Source: Nitrospirota bacterium (GTDB lineage Bacteria > Nitrospirota > UBA9217). Taken from it: a stretch of 64,000 nt of DNA. The position numbers and the translations under genes were made by a program. Location of the stretch: assembly GCA_021814615.1 (NCBI GenBank), contig JAKAHZ010000004.1, forward strand, positions 6,246 to 70,245. The letters are read 5' to 3'. Below the pieces are notes generated by a model. That model was not told the origin of the DNA. It searched no databases and worked only from the letters and a program-made list of their open reading frames with translations. Position 1 is the stretch's first letter; every line of letters begins with the position of its first letter. Of the stretch, positions 41,449 through 51,012 are shown piece after piece.

Positions 41449-43182
41449 CTATGCTGATCGGTTCTTCCTGCCTCTCCTGCCGTTCATGACGGCCGCCAGG
41501 ACCATGGCGGCCGCGAGCACCGAATACAGGATGCGGTTGCCGGCAGGCGTGGCGGTCGTCATTACCGGCCCCGTCGCCACGGTCGATGTCACCGAGTTAC
41601 TCGTGACAGCCGTGTGGTTCGCGTCGGCGGCGGTTGTGACGCTCGTGGTCTCCGACTGGCCGTTGGTCGCTCCGGCGGGCGCGCTTACGGTCAGGGTCGC
41701 CGTCAGGAACGATCCACCCGCGTTGATCGGCCCTATCGACGCCGGCAGCGTCGAGGCGTTGAAGTTCGCGTTGGGAGTGGCCGGCAGGTCGGTACTCGAC
41801 AGAGAGAATGTGGTGGATCCGCACGCAAGCTGGGAGCTGTCATTGTTCGTTACCTGGATCGTATAGTTTATGGATCCTCCGGGGGCGACATTCTGCGATG
41901 CAGGGGTTAACGTGACCGTCGGATTGGCCCGCGTGCAGACCGGGGCCGTGATGGTCAGGGTCGCCGAGGCGGAGTCGTTGTACGTGGGGGTGCCGAGGCC
42001 CGATCCCGTGCCGCCCGTTACCCGGGCGGTCAGGGTGTTGGTCGTCGTTGCCGTCGCCTGAATGTCCAACGTGATGAGGTAGTTCGCGGTGGTCGTCGTG
42101 ACGCTCAGGGGCGTGCTGAACGTCAGCGTCGCCGAGTTTGTTCCGACCGTGTAGGTGACGCCCGAAACCAGCGTGTCGACGCCCGCATTGTACGCGCCGA
42201 GCGTGCCGGCGTCGTTATAGACGCTGATGTTCGCGACGTTGGCCGCGGTAAATTGCGCGCTCGTGGTCAGGACCAGGGTGTTGATCTGGCCGGTGCCCGA
42301 CGACAGGTACGCCGTGAAGCTGTCGATCGCGTTGTTGGCCGAGCCCTGCTGCGCATTCGCGTTCGCCACCGTCGCGCCGTTCCCCACAGAGAGGTTGCCG
42401 GATGCGACCGCGGGCAGGAACGTCGCGATTGAGCCCACCCACCAATTGCTGGCTGAAGAGGTCAAGGTGGCTGATGACGTTGCCGCCGAATTCGCGGTGT
42501 TGTCAGTCATGGCAGTTGAGACGTTGGTTGCGGACCGTGAAAGGTTCAGCGTCCAGGCGCCGTTGGTCCCGCCGGGCGTATTGAACGTCGCATTGCCGCC
42601 CACGGTGAAGCCGCCGATCAGCAGTTCGTTCGCCTGCGCTGTGGCTGCAGTGGTGCCTGACGATAGTGCCGTGCCCTGCGCGGCGGTATTGTTGATGGCT
42701 GTTTTGTCAAGGGGCGATGCCGTCAACACGCCGGAATACTCCTGCACCACGGCAGAGGTGTCCCAGGTGCCGATGGTCAGCGTCACCGTGGTCTGGCCCG
42801 CAGTAGTGTTCGGGCAATACCATATCGCGTGGTCTGAAGGCCCGCCTCCGTTCACGCCTGATGCGGCCGTCGCTTTGGCCCAGGTGCATCCGCCGCCGCT
42901 CACGGCCGTGACGCCGCCGGCAGCCGCGTCATTGGTTCCCGCTACGAGGATAAGAGTATCTCCGGCGGCCGTCGACGGGATCGTGACCGCTAGGCTGGTA
43001 CAGGAGACGCAGGAATTCGTTCCCCCCGTGCCCACCCGCGCCGCAGCTGAGGCCGCGGAGGGGCTATACGCCTGATGTGCAAAAACGCCGAGAAGCAGGG
43101 TGATCGTCATGGCGAAACGGCTCGTCGGCCGATGTTGCCAATTACTCAAACTCAGACTGGTCCTTCGCGAGGATCTGTTCAT
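41449..43182 (-). CDS. Secreted Thr/Ala/Ser/Gly-rich low-complexity protein with C-terminal TM + RRGRK sorting signal (putative exosortase substrate)
   Basis: SD aaggagg sits 7 nt before the ATG at 43180-43182. Signal peptide present. C-terminus ...TPAGNRILYSVLAAAMVLAAVMNGRRGRKNRSA. Confidence 0.6.
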   Translation of the reverse strand: MNRSSRRTSLSLSNWQHRPTSRFAMTITLLLGVFAHQAYSPSAASAAARVGTGGTNSCVSCTSLAVTIPSTAAGDTLILVAGTNDAAAGGVTAVSGGGCTWAKATAASGVNGGGPSDHAIWYCPNTTAGQTTVTLTIGTWDTSAVVQEYSGVLTASPLDKTAINNTAAQGTALSSGTTAATAQANELLIGGFTVGGNATFNTPGGTNGAWTLNLSRSATNVSTAMTDNTANSAATSSATLTSSASNWWVGSIATFLPAVASGNLSVGNGATVANANAQQGSANNAIDSFTAYLSSGTGQINTLVLTTSAQFTAANVANISVYNDAGTLGAYNAGVDTLVSGVTYTVGTNSATLTFSTPLSVTTTTANYLITLDIQATATTTNTLTARVTGGTGSGLGTPTYNDSASATLTITAPVCTRANPTVTLTPASQNVAPGGSINYTIQVTNNDSSQLACGSTTFSLSSTDLPATPNANFNASTLPASIGPINAGGSFLTATLTVSAPAGATNGQSETTSVTTAADANHTAVTSNSVTSTVATGPVMTTATPAGNRILYSVLAAAMVLAAVMNGRRGRKNRSA

Positions 43183-43343
43183 GAGAGTTCCTCCTTGTTT
43201 TTTCCGAACGTACAAAAACCCTCAAAATGCTCGCTCATGCAAGACTCGAAAACGTGTGCAGGGAACTCAGACGTAACATCAGAGGATTCCACCGAACACT
43301 TGGAAATGAACCTGAGCGAGACCGGGACGGTTACGGGAAAAAC

Positions 43344-43757
43344 TTAGGACGGGAATGGGGGGGAGAGACCTGAGTAGGGAAGTCGCGTTCGTTGGAGACA
43401 GGAGAATCTCGCGTCATCGAGGCGAGAATAATGGATCAATAACGGCGCTGGCAGCGGCCGTTCTATGGGGATTGCGGCGGCAAATTGTGCTTTGGCTTTT
43501 GATACTGTCCTGCTGGCACCGTGGAAGCGGGTGTCATTATCGATGCCGCATAAGTAGTGAGGGGCCGATGCAAGGAGAACCGAAAGGCTGAATGATTGAT
43601 GTTCATTCAGCCTTTCATCGTCGTCATTGTCGTCGAGGTATTCATTGAAAGCGTAGGCGAGAGGGGTCTCATCCGAGATCGCATCGATAGAGATCCCGAA
43701 GAATACAGCGATGATCAGGAAGGAAACTGTAAGGAATCGAAGGATCCTGTCGGTCAT
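43344..43757 (-). CDS. Hypothetical small acidic membrane-anchored protein
   Basis: N-terminal TM FLTVSFLIIAVFFGI followed by an acidic tract. No family recognised. Confidence 0.3.
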   Translation of the reverse strand: MTDRILRFLTVSFLIIAVFFGISIDAISDETPLAYAFNEYLDDNDDDERLNEHQSFSLSVLLASAPHYLCGIDNDTRFHGASRTVSKAKAQFAAAIPIERPLPAPLLIHYSRLDDARFSCLQRTRLPYSGLSPPFPS

Positions 43758-44227
43758 AGTTCAGCGGTTACTGATACTAGGATTTACAATACGATTTCAG
43801 AACATGTCATGAATTCCTGATTATAATTGCAAAAAGTGTGCAAGGTTATGTCAAGTGTTGAAATGGACATACATTGTTAATCGCTTCCAGATGCTAACTC
43901 ATTGATGTTACATGTATAATATGCGTAAACATGGCTTATTAATTTTATTTGAAATTTATATGGTAATATTTACAATTATTTATATGTAAGTAAATCAAGT
44001 AATTGTTTTGTTGAATTATGTTCAAGCAAAGTGCGTAAAAGAAAACTCAATTTCAGCATAGCAGATGCCTTTTACTGAGCGAATAGATCCGACTGAGCAA
44101 AAATACTCAGTGTATTAATGAAGCAGCCATGGATGTTTTTTTGGATATATGGTGCCACTTGTCCTCCGAAATGGGTGGACAAGCGTGATAAAATATCCCG
44201 TCCAAAACAATCCGGGAGGAGTGCGAA

Positions 44228-44839
44228 TTGAGAAAAGACGACACGAGGCGATTTCTGCTTGACGCGATGTTGAAACTTGTCTCAGAGAGGGGCTATGCCG
44301 GCGCCAAAACGCGTGATGTTGCTGCGGAAGCGGGCGTGACAGAATTGACCCTCTTCAGGCATTTCGGGTCGAAGGAGAGGATGTTCGAGGAAGTCTTGAA
44401 GAACTATACGTTCATTCCGCGGTTCAAGAATCTCATGCCTGAACTGGCAGGTCTTTCCGCGGAGGACGCCATCGAACTGATCGCTTCGCGGTATCTCGAA
44501 ACACTGCTCGAGAGGAAACCGCTCATCAAGATATTGCATGCAGAGGTGCACACCTATCCGGAGAGCATCAGGACCGTCTATAACAATTTCATGCGTGAGA
44601 TGCAGGGTACGCTATCGGCCTACATTCAGTCGTTACAGAAGCAGGGCATCCTGAACCACGACATGTCGGCAATCATCGCGTCCCGCATGTTTTTGTGGGT
44701 GCTTTTTTCCTATTTCCGGACCGAAGTGATTATGAACAATGGGGGCGTGAAAAAGAAGGATGTCCGGGAGATCGTCAGGATCTTCTCCCGGGGGGTGCTT
44801 CCGAGAACGTCGGGGGCGGACGGCGGCGGGGCCTCATGA
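44228..44839 (+). CDS. TetR/AcrR family transcriptional regulator
   Basis: HTH GYAGAKTRDVAAEAGVTELTLFRHFGSKERMF. Confidence 0.85.
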   Translation: MRKDDTRRFLLDAMLKLVSERGYAGAKTRDVAAEAGVTELTLFRHFGSKERMFEEVLKNYTFIPRFKNLMPELAGLSAEDAIELIASRYLETLLERKPLIKILHAEVHTYPESIRTVYNNFMREMQGTLSAYIQSLQKQGILNHDMSAIIASRMFLWVLFSYFRTEVIMNNGGVKKKDVREIVRIFSRGVLPRTSGADGGGAS

Positions 44840-45838
44840 CGCCGTGGACCGTCGCACCTTCCGGAAATCCGCCCAGATGTCCACGACGCCCAGGGCGATG
44901 ACCGCAACAATGCTGGGGAGGGCGAGGATGATCGTGTGGAGGAAGCCGCGCCAGACCGCGGGGACCCGGACCTTGCGAAGAAGATATTCCACGAGGGCGA
45001 CGCCCTGCGCGAGATAGACGAGGAGATAGAGCAGCACCAGGTTGAGGCCCACGAAGAACGCCGTGGTCTGGGCAGGATCGATGGTGCCCCAGGCGACGAG
45101 GATGAGCGTCACGATGAGCCCCCAGACCCACTGGTCCGGAGCCTGCCAGAGCGCGAGCGGCGTTGCCTGCGCCAGCGGGGATCCGGGCGTGCGACGGATG
45201 ATGAGGGAGCGCGCCATGCCGTAACAGGCGGCGGATTGGATCAAGCTCGTGGCGAGGATGATGCCGGGGATGAGCCGGACGAAATAATGGATCACGCTGT
45301 CGGAAACGAAGGACAGCGCCTGGGCTACGTCGCCGAGGCCGATCTTCGCATAGGTCTCCTTCGCTTCGGTCAGGCTGTTCCTGAGGAACGCCTCGGCCGC
45401 AGACAGGGGGTCCTTTCCCGCCTTCAGGAAGAGCAGGGCAAGGAGTGAGCCGATGAGAAACACCGGGAGCGCGCCGCCCAGGATCACGGCCTGCTCGGGC
45501 CGATGCCCCCGCGCCATGGATTCAGCGATCGCCAGGGCCATGGTCCCCAGGCTGAGGAAAAAGACCAGGAGCGCCACATGCCATCCCCCCAGGGCCGCCA
45601 TGAGGAGCGACGCCAGGATGATCGCAAGAACCGCTGCCCGCCTGCCTTCCCGAAGGTGCACCAGGATGAGCGGCACCGGCGAGAACAGGAGCGCGATCTG
45701 GCTGATGATCGGGATGGGGAACAGGCCCAGGGCGCAGAGGCCCGCCGACTGGAGCGCTGCGATAATGACGGGGCGGAAAGGCATGGGGTCTCCGGATTCG
45801 ATATGAAATGCATTCACAACCAAAGCAACCGCATTCAA
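44834..45838 (-). CDS. DUF2232 (YybS-like) membrane protein
   Basis: Multi-TM ~330-aa protein directly downstream of rpsF-ssb-rpsR, the conserved yybS position. Confidence 0.55.
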   Translation of the reverse strand: MNAVALVVNAFHIESGDPMPFRPVIIAALQSAGLCALGLFPIPIISQIALLFSPVPLILVHLREGRRAAVLAIILASLLMAALGGWHVALLVFFLSLGTMALAIAESMARGHRPEQAVILGGALPVFLIGSLLALLFLKAGKDPLSAAEAFLRNSLTEAKETYAKIGLGDVAQALSFVSDSVIHYFVRLIPGIILATSLIQSAACYGMARSLIIRRTPGSPLAQATPLALWQAPDQWVWGLIVTLILVAWGTIDPAQTTAFFVGLNLVLLYLLVYLAQGVALVEYLLRKVRVPAVWRGFLHTIILALPSIVAVIALGVVDIWADFRKVRRSTAS

Positions 45839-46039
45839 CGCTGAAGAATCATGATGGCCTATGAACCTCGCTGAATATGACCGGAGTGCAAGACATCATA
45901 TGCAGACTTGCGTCATTCTGCGTTGATTGCATTCCCTGCAACTGCTTCAGAGGAAAAGCGAGGACTACAAAAAAAAGGGAAACCCCGCTGTGACTGCGGC
46001 GGGATTTCCCGGATGGTTCGGTGCGGTTGCTGTCGTGAT

Positions 46040-46381
46040 TTACGCGTTCCTGTCGCCCGAGAAGGGCAGGAGCGCGATGTTCCGGCACCGCTGGATCGCC
46101 ACCGTGATCTCGCGCTGATGGCGGGCGCAATTGCCGGAGATGCGGCGGGGAAGGATCTTCCCGCGCTCGGTAACGAAGAACTTCAGGGTCTTCAGGTCCT
46201 TGTAGTCGATGAACGGCGTCTTGTCGACGCAGAATCTGCAGACTTTGCGGCGCACCTGGAACCGCTTCTTGCGGTCGCCGGGGCGGCCTTCGCGGGGAGG
46301 CCTGCTGCCGCCTTCGCGCGGTCCGCCTGCGGGCCGTGCTGCCGGCGCTGCTGCCGGCCTGCTCTCGGTATTCTCTGCCAT
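46040..46381 (-). CDS. rpsR: 30S ribosomal protein S18
   Basis: Translation ...CRFC...IDYKD...[41 protein letters not shown] matches S18. Confidence 0.9.
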   Translation of the reverse strand: MAENTESRPAAAPAARPAGGPREGGSRPPREGRPGDRKKRFQVRRKVCRFCVDKTPFIDYKDLKTLKFFVTERGKILPRRISGNCARHQREITVAIQRCRNIALLPFSGDRNA

Positions 46382-46435
46382 GGTAGGCTCCTCTTAAATG
46401 TGCTTCCGCCTCTGCCTTCGGCTGCCGGGATTCAC

Positions 46436-46855
46436 CTAGAAGGGGATATCCTCGTCTCCTGCCGGGGGCTCGGGCATCGGTTCCGAATCGCTTCCGCTCC
46501 TGCTGCCGGGGGCAGCCTGGCCGGAACGTTTCGGCATGAAATTGACGGCCTGCGCAACCACTTCGACCTTGCTGCGCTTCTGGCCGGTCTCCTTGTCGTC
46601 CCATCTGCGCTGCTGCAATCTGCCGTCCACCAGGATGCCATCGCCCTTGTTCAGGTACTGGCCGCAGTTTTCCGCCTGCTTCCCGAACACGACGATGTCG
46701 ATGTAGCTCACCTCGTCCTTGGTCTCGTCGCCCTGCTTGTACCGGCGGTTCACGGCGATGGCGAAGCTCGCCACGGCGGTGCCGTTGGGCGTGTACCGGA
46801 CCTCGGGATCCCGGGTGAGGTTGCCGAGGAGGATCACTTTGTTGAAACTGACCAT
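46436..46855 (-). CDS. ssb: Single-stranded DNA-binding protein
   Basis: OB-fold N-terminus NKVILLGNLTRDPEVRYTPNG and an acidic C-terminal tail ending DEDIPF. Confidence 0.92.
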   Translation of the reverse strand: MVSFNKVILLGNLTRDPEVRYTPNGTAVASFAIAVNRRYKQGDETKDEVSYIDIVVFGKQAENCGQYLNKGDGILVDGRLQQRRWDDKETGQKRSKVEVVAQAVNFMPKRSGQAAPGSRSGSDSEPMPEPPAGDEDIPF

Positions 46856-46897
46856 GCTGCTCCTTCCTGGATGCTGAACGGACGGTGATGCGCGGGA

Positions 46898-47278
46898 CTA
46901 ACGACGCTCGACCGAAGGCCTGCTGCCCGGTGCCGCCGCTGCTGCTGCCGGCTTTTCCTTTTTCGGCTTCGGCGGAGCCTTGACGCGCAGCTCCTTCTCC
47001 AGCTTGATGGAGAGGAACTTGATGACCGCGTCGGTGAGCTTGTAGGTGCGCTCGAGCTCGTTGATCACGGCCGGCGTGCCCTTGAACTGGAAGAACACGT
47101 AGTGGCCGCGCTTCTGCTTCTTCACTTCATAGGAAAGCTTCTTCTTGCCCCAGTCCTCGAACTTGACCATTTCGCCGCCCTGCTTGGCGACCACGTCCTG
47201 CATCTTCTTGATCACGGCGTTGGTCTCGTCGTCGGTGATGTTGGGGTTGACGATGAAGATTGACTCGTAGATCGGCAT
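46898..47278 (-). CDS. rpsF: 30S ribosomal protein S6
   Basis: N-terminus MPIYESIFIVNPN...YEV.K...G.YVF.QF matches S6. Confidence 0.9.
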   Translation of the reverse strand: MPIYESIFIVNPNITDDETNAVIKKMQDVVAKQGGEMVKFEDWGKKKLSYEVKKQKRGHYVFFQFKGTPAVINELERTYKLTDAVIKFLSIKLEKELRVKAPPKPKKEKPAAAAAAPGSRPSVERR

Positions 47279-47684
47279 CTGTACTACCTCCTCGTGGGTT
47301 ATAGCCCCCGTAGAGCATTTCCTTCACGCTTCCGCTCCCCTCCGGGGAGAGGGCAGGGGTGAGGCTCGTATCGGGAGCAAGGAGTAATCTCCCGGATCGC
47401 GGGAGAATCGACCTTACTCGTTTTAAGGAGCTAGAAAAATAGCATGACAGGGGGAGAAATGCAAGGAAAATTTCGGGATTATGGGAGCAGGAGCTGTCTT
47501 CTTCCGCAGGAGTTTCAGAAATTTGAATGTCGCTGCTGAGCCTCAGCCGCCATTCGATCCTGAGTCGCGCTATCCCCTAAAAATACCCTGTATTCTGCGA
47601 GTAATTACTTGACCGTAGCTGCATTTTTCAGCATAATAGCGCTACTTTTTTGAGCGTTGATGATCTTTTTATCCGGAGGGTTCG

Positions 47685-50600
47685 ATGCACAGGCATTTCT
47701 ATCGGAAAAACCATGTCCCGTATTTCATGGCATTGTTCGTTCTTCTTTTCTCGCTCTTTGCTTGCGGCGGAGGGGGAGGGGGCGGCGGCAGCGCGAACGA
47801 TGGCTTGAACACCGGCGGCACCACGACCAATCCCGGCGACACGATCGCCACGGGTCAGGCCAAGATCACCGGCACGGTCCAGCCGGATCCCAACAGCCCC
47901 ACGTCGGCAGCAGGCCAGAACTCAGGCGCCACGGTATATGTCGTCGGCCAGCAGGACAAGGCTGCGACGACCGATGCCAACGGCAACTTCACGCTCACCG
48001 TGGACGCCACGCTCACGGGCACGGTCCTGTCCAGCCCCAAGGGCTTCTTCGCTTCGCTCTTCAAGGCAGCGGGGGACGTGAAGCAGTACGGCCTCGTTGT
48101 TATCAGCTCCCAGAACAGCCACGGAAGAAAGACGGAAGTGCAGGTCACCGAGGGGCAGGCGAACAGCCTCGATACGATCTATATCAACACGGTCGGCTCG
48201 ATCACGGGCAAGGCATACCTCCAGGGCCAGACGGACCACACGGGTATCCGGGTCTACATCCCCGGCACCTCTTTCCAGGCCACGACGGATGCGAACGGGA
48301 ACTACAACATGACCGGTGTGCCCTCCGGCACCTATGACATCGTGCGGGCGGACTACCCCGGCACGGTCTATCACTATGCCGCGGTGGCGAAGGTCACGGT
48401 AGCATCGAATCAGGCGACCGCGCTTCCCGACATGCTGCTGCAACTGTCCACCGGACCGAATGGCAGCATCCTGATCAACAAGGGGGATGCCTACACCACG
48501 TCCAAGACCGTCACTGTGTCCATCGCGCCGAGCGCCAACGCCGTGCTGATGATGGTTTCGGAAGATATCAATTTCCAGGGAATTAGCTGGGAGCCGGTAT
48601 CCGCTGCGAAACAATACACCTTTGCAGGTTCATACGACGGCGGGAGCACCGCAAGGATTTATGCGCGGTTCTCGGATAGCAGCGCCCTGGAGAGCACGCC
48701 GGTCTCTGATGACATCTTCATCGATACGAATCCGCTTGCCACGATCACATCCCCGGTGAATTCAGGCGTCATCTCCGATACCAAACCGGCCTTCAACTGG
48801 AAATATGCACCGGCCGTCCAGATGCCGAACGCCCGGTATCACATCCAACTGACCACGGTGGCTGATACGGGTTTTTCCTCACCGCTGGCAGACGCGACGA
48901 CAGCTGCTAATGTTACGCAATATGCCTATGCCGGAGCGGCGCTGAATAATCTGAGCGGCTATATCTGGCGCGTGGCGATGGTTGACGAGGCAGGGAAACA
49001 ATGGAGCTGGGCAGGACCATGGTCTTTTTCGATCGATCTGAGCACGGTCACGCTGTTGAAACCGGATTTTGGCTCATATGTCAATAAGGCTGCGAACGAC
49101 ACAGGCATCACCTTCATGTGGCAGGCGAATGCGAATGCCTCCACCTATGAGCTTGCGTTGTGTCGAAACGATGCAAGTCTGTCCTGCGGAACGGCATATA
49201 CGGTAACTGCGCCCGGCATCAGCAAGCAGATATTGCCGATCAGTACAGGTGATGGTTTATATAATTGGGCTGTAACGCCGATCGACGCAAACGGAGTCAG
49301 GGGTAAGCGATCCGATGTGTGGCAATTCGATCTTGACAAGACCGTTCCGGGAATCGTTCTTGTCAGTCCATCGGGTGGCGCGCAGAACGTATCAAAACTG
49401 TCCCCGATCACCGTGCAGTTTGACGACGCTTTAGACGGCTCTACGATCATCAGCCCCGCGACGAATTTCACGCTGAACAGCGGAGCCGTTCCGGGAACCG
49501 TAAGCTATTCAGTATCCGCAAATACCGCGACATTCACCCCGGCAAGCACGCTGGGCTTCGGAGTGACCTATGCGGCCACCGTTACGACAGCGATAAAGGA
49601 CCCGGCAGGAAACGCTCTCTTCTCCGGACAGACATGGACCTTTTCCACGAAGAACGTTCCTGAACAGTGGACGTTTGCTGCCGATGGCGGATCGTCAAGT
49701 TTGAACTACAGTACTGCCAACGAAGCGGATACGCCGCAAATGGCTGTTCTCGGCAATGGTTTGTTCGCCTTCTGGTCGGAAGCAGGAAATATTCGCGGCT
49801 CGGTTTATAGCGGAAGTACCTGGTCGTTCATCGATGGTGGCGGAGCGACAAGTACCATATCAAGCGCCGGCGGATATCCCCGGCCTGCCGTGTACGGCAA
49901 TGAGTTGTACTTGTTGTGGATATCCGGTGGAACCGTCAACATGAAGAAATACGATGCAAACGGTTCCTGGACTTCTGTTTCAGGCGGTGCAATGGGATTC
50001 AATTATGATTATATGAAAACGTCCAGTGGAAATGCCATTGCAGCTGCCAACAAACTCTATGCGATATGGAGCGAAAATAACAATTCGAGTATTTTGCAGA
50101 TTCGGGCGAAAGTGTATACTGCGGGAACGTTCTCGTTCATTGACGGCGGAGGCGCGAATGGGATTAATTATGATCCTACTCGTATTACCAGCGGTTCGCC
50201 TGCGGCTGTCGCGATGAATGACAAGCTGTATATTGCATGGACGGAAAGGAATGTCTCAGGAATCGATCAGATCAGGATAAAGGTGTACAACGACAGTACT
50301 GCGACGTGGTCGTTCATTGATGGCGGCGGCGCGAACGGAGTGAATGCTGACGGGACGAAAAACGCAGCGTATCCTTCGCTGGCTTTCATGGGCAATACGC
50401 TTTATGCTTCATGGGCCGAGCAGGGTGCGTCTGTAAATCAGATTCGGGTCGCTGCATATTCGAGCGGGACCTGGTCGTTTATCGATAACGGTGGCATAAA
50501 CAAGAGTCCGACGAATCAAGCGTGCAATCCTAAGCTTGCTGTCTTGAGCGGAGTGCTCTATGCAACCTGGGCGGAAGGAATGTGCATATATGATCCGAAT

Positions 50601-50810
50601 GGAGATGAAATTCGAGTTGCGGCATTCGGCAATGGGTCATGGGCATTCGTGGATGGCGGAGCAGTAACGGGGCTGAATCTTGATTCTACGAAAATGGCCT
50701 ATGCGCCTCAGATTACGATCTATAACAATAAACCCTATATAACGTGGGCTGAAACGAATGCCAGCACGGGCACATCGCATAATCAAGCATTGGTAAAGGT
50801 CGGGCAGTGA
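47685..50810 (+). CDS. Large surface lipoprotein paralog 1 (poly-Gly linker, CarboxypepD_reg-like domains, Ig/FN3-like domains, C-terminal beta-propeller-like WSFIDGGG repeats)
   Basis: Lipobox LFSLFAC followed by GGGGGGGG. N-terminal ~330 aa shared with the two downstream paralogs. Six C-terminal repeats of the form LY..W.E...IR...Y...TWSFIDGGG. The start may instead be the internal MALFVLL. Confidence 0.75.
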   Translation: MHRHFYRKNHVPYFMALFVLLFSLFACGGGGGGGGSANDGLNTGGTTTNPGDTIATGQAKITGTVQPDPNSPTSAAGQNSGATVYVVGQQDKAATTDANGNFTLTVDATLTGTVLSSPKGFFASLFKAAGDVKQYGLVVISSQNSHGRKTEVQVTEGQANSLDTIYINTVGSITGKAYLQGQTDHTGIRVYIPGTSFQATTDANGNYNMTGVPSGTYDIVRADYPGTVYHYAAVAKVTVASNQATALPDMLLQLSTGPNGSILINKGDAYTTSKTVTVSIAPSANAVLMMVSEDINFQGISWEPVSAAKQYTFAGSYDGGSTARIYARFSDSSALESTPVSDDIFIDTNPLATITSPVNSGVISDTKPAFNWKYAPAVQMPNARYHIQLTTVADTGFSSPLADATTAANVTQYAYAGAALNNLSGYIWRVAMVDEAGKQWSWAGPWSFSIDLSTVTLLKPDFGSYVNKAANDTGITFMWQANANASTYELALCRNDASLSCGTAYTVTAPGISKQILPISTGDGLYNWAVTPIDANGVRGKRSDVWQFDLDKTVPGIVLVSPSGGAQNVSKLSPITVQFDDALDGSTIISPATNFTLNSGAVPGTVSYSVSANTATFTPASTLGFGVTYAATVTTAIKDPAGNALFSGQTWTFSTKNVPEQWTFAADGGSSSLNYSTANEADTPQMAVLGNGLFAFWSEAGNIRGSVYSGSTWSFIDGGGATSTISSAGGYPRPAVYGNELYLLWISGGTVNMKKYDANGSWTSVSGGAMGFNYDYMKTSSGNAIAAANKLYAIWSENNNSSILQIRAKVYTAGTFSFIDGGGANGINYDPTRITSGSPAAVAMNDKLYIAWTERNVSGIDQIRIKVYNDSTATWSFIDGGGANGVNADGTKNAAYPSLAFMGNTLYASWAEQGASVNQIRVAAYSSGTWSFIDNGGINKSPTNQACNPKLAVLSGVLYATWAEGMCIYDPNGDEIRVAAFGNGSWAFVDGGAVTGLNLDSTKMAYAPQITIYNNKPYITWAETNASTGTSHNQALVKVGQ

Positions 50811-50846
50811 TCACGTGCTGTGTATCAGGAAGACAGGAATACATTC

Positions 50847-50874
50847 GAGGGGCCTTCGGGCCCCTTTTTTTATT
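50847..50874 (+). terminator. Rho-independent terminator after paralog 1
   Basis: Hairpin gaggggcc-ttcg-ggcccc followed by tttttttatt. Confidence 0.8.
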
Positions 50875-51012
50875 TGGTTCATTTTTGGGAATGGTCTCAA
50901 ACCACAGATTGATATCGCCGAAAAATACCCCGGCATTCTGTGAATTATCCCTTGACCGGAAATGCAGGATAATGAATAATACGGCCCACTGTAGAGCTAT
51001 TCCAGTTCGTCG

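Noticed and set aside
45849-46604. 251-aa minus-strand ORF and 45908..46888 plus-strand ORF
   Set aside because: Overlap rpsR and ssb in wrong frames. The rpsR and ssb translations are unambiguous.
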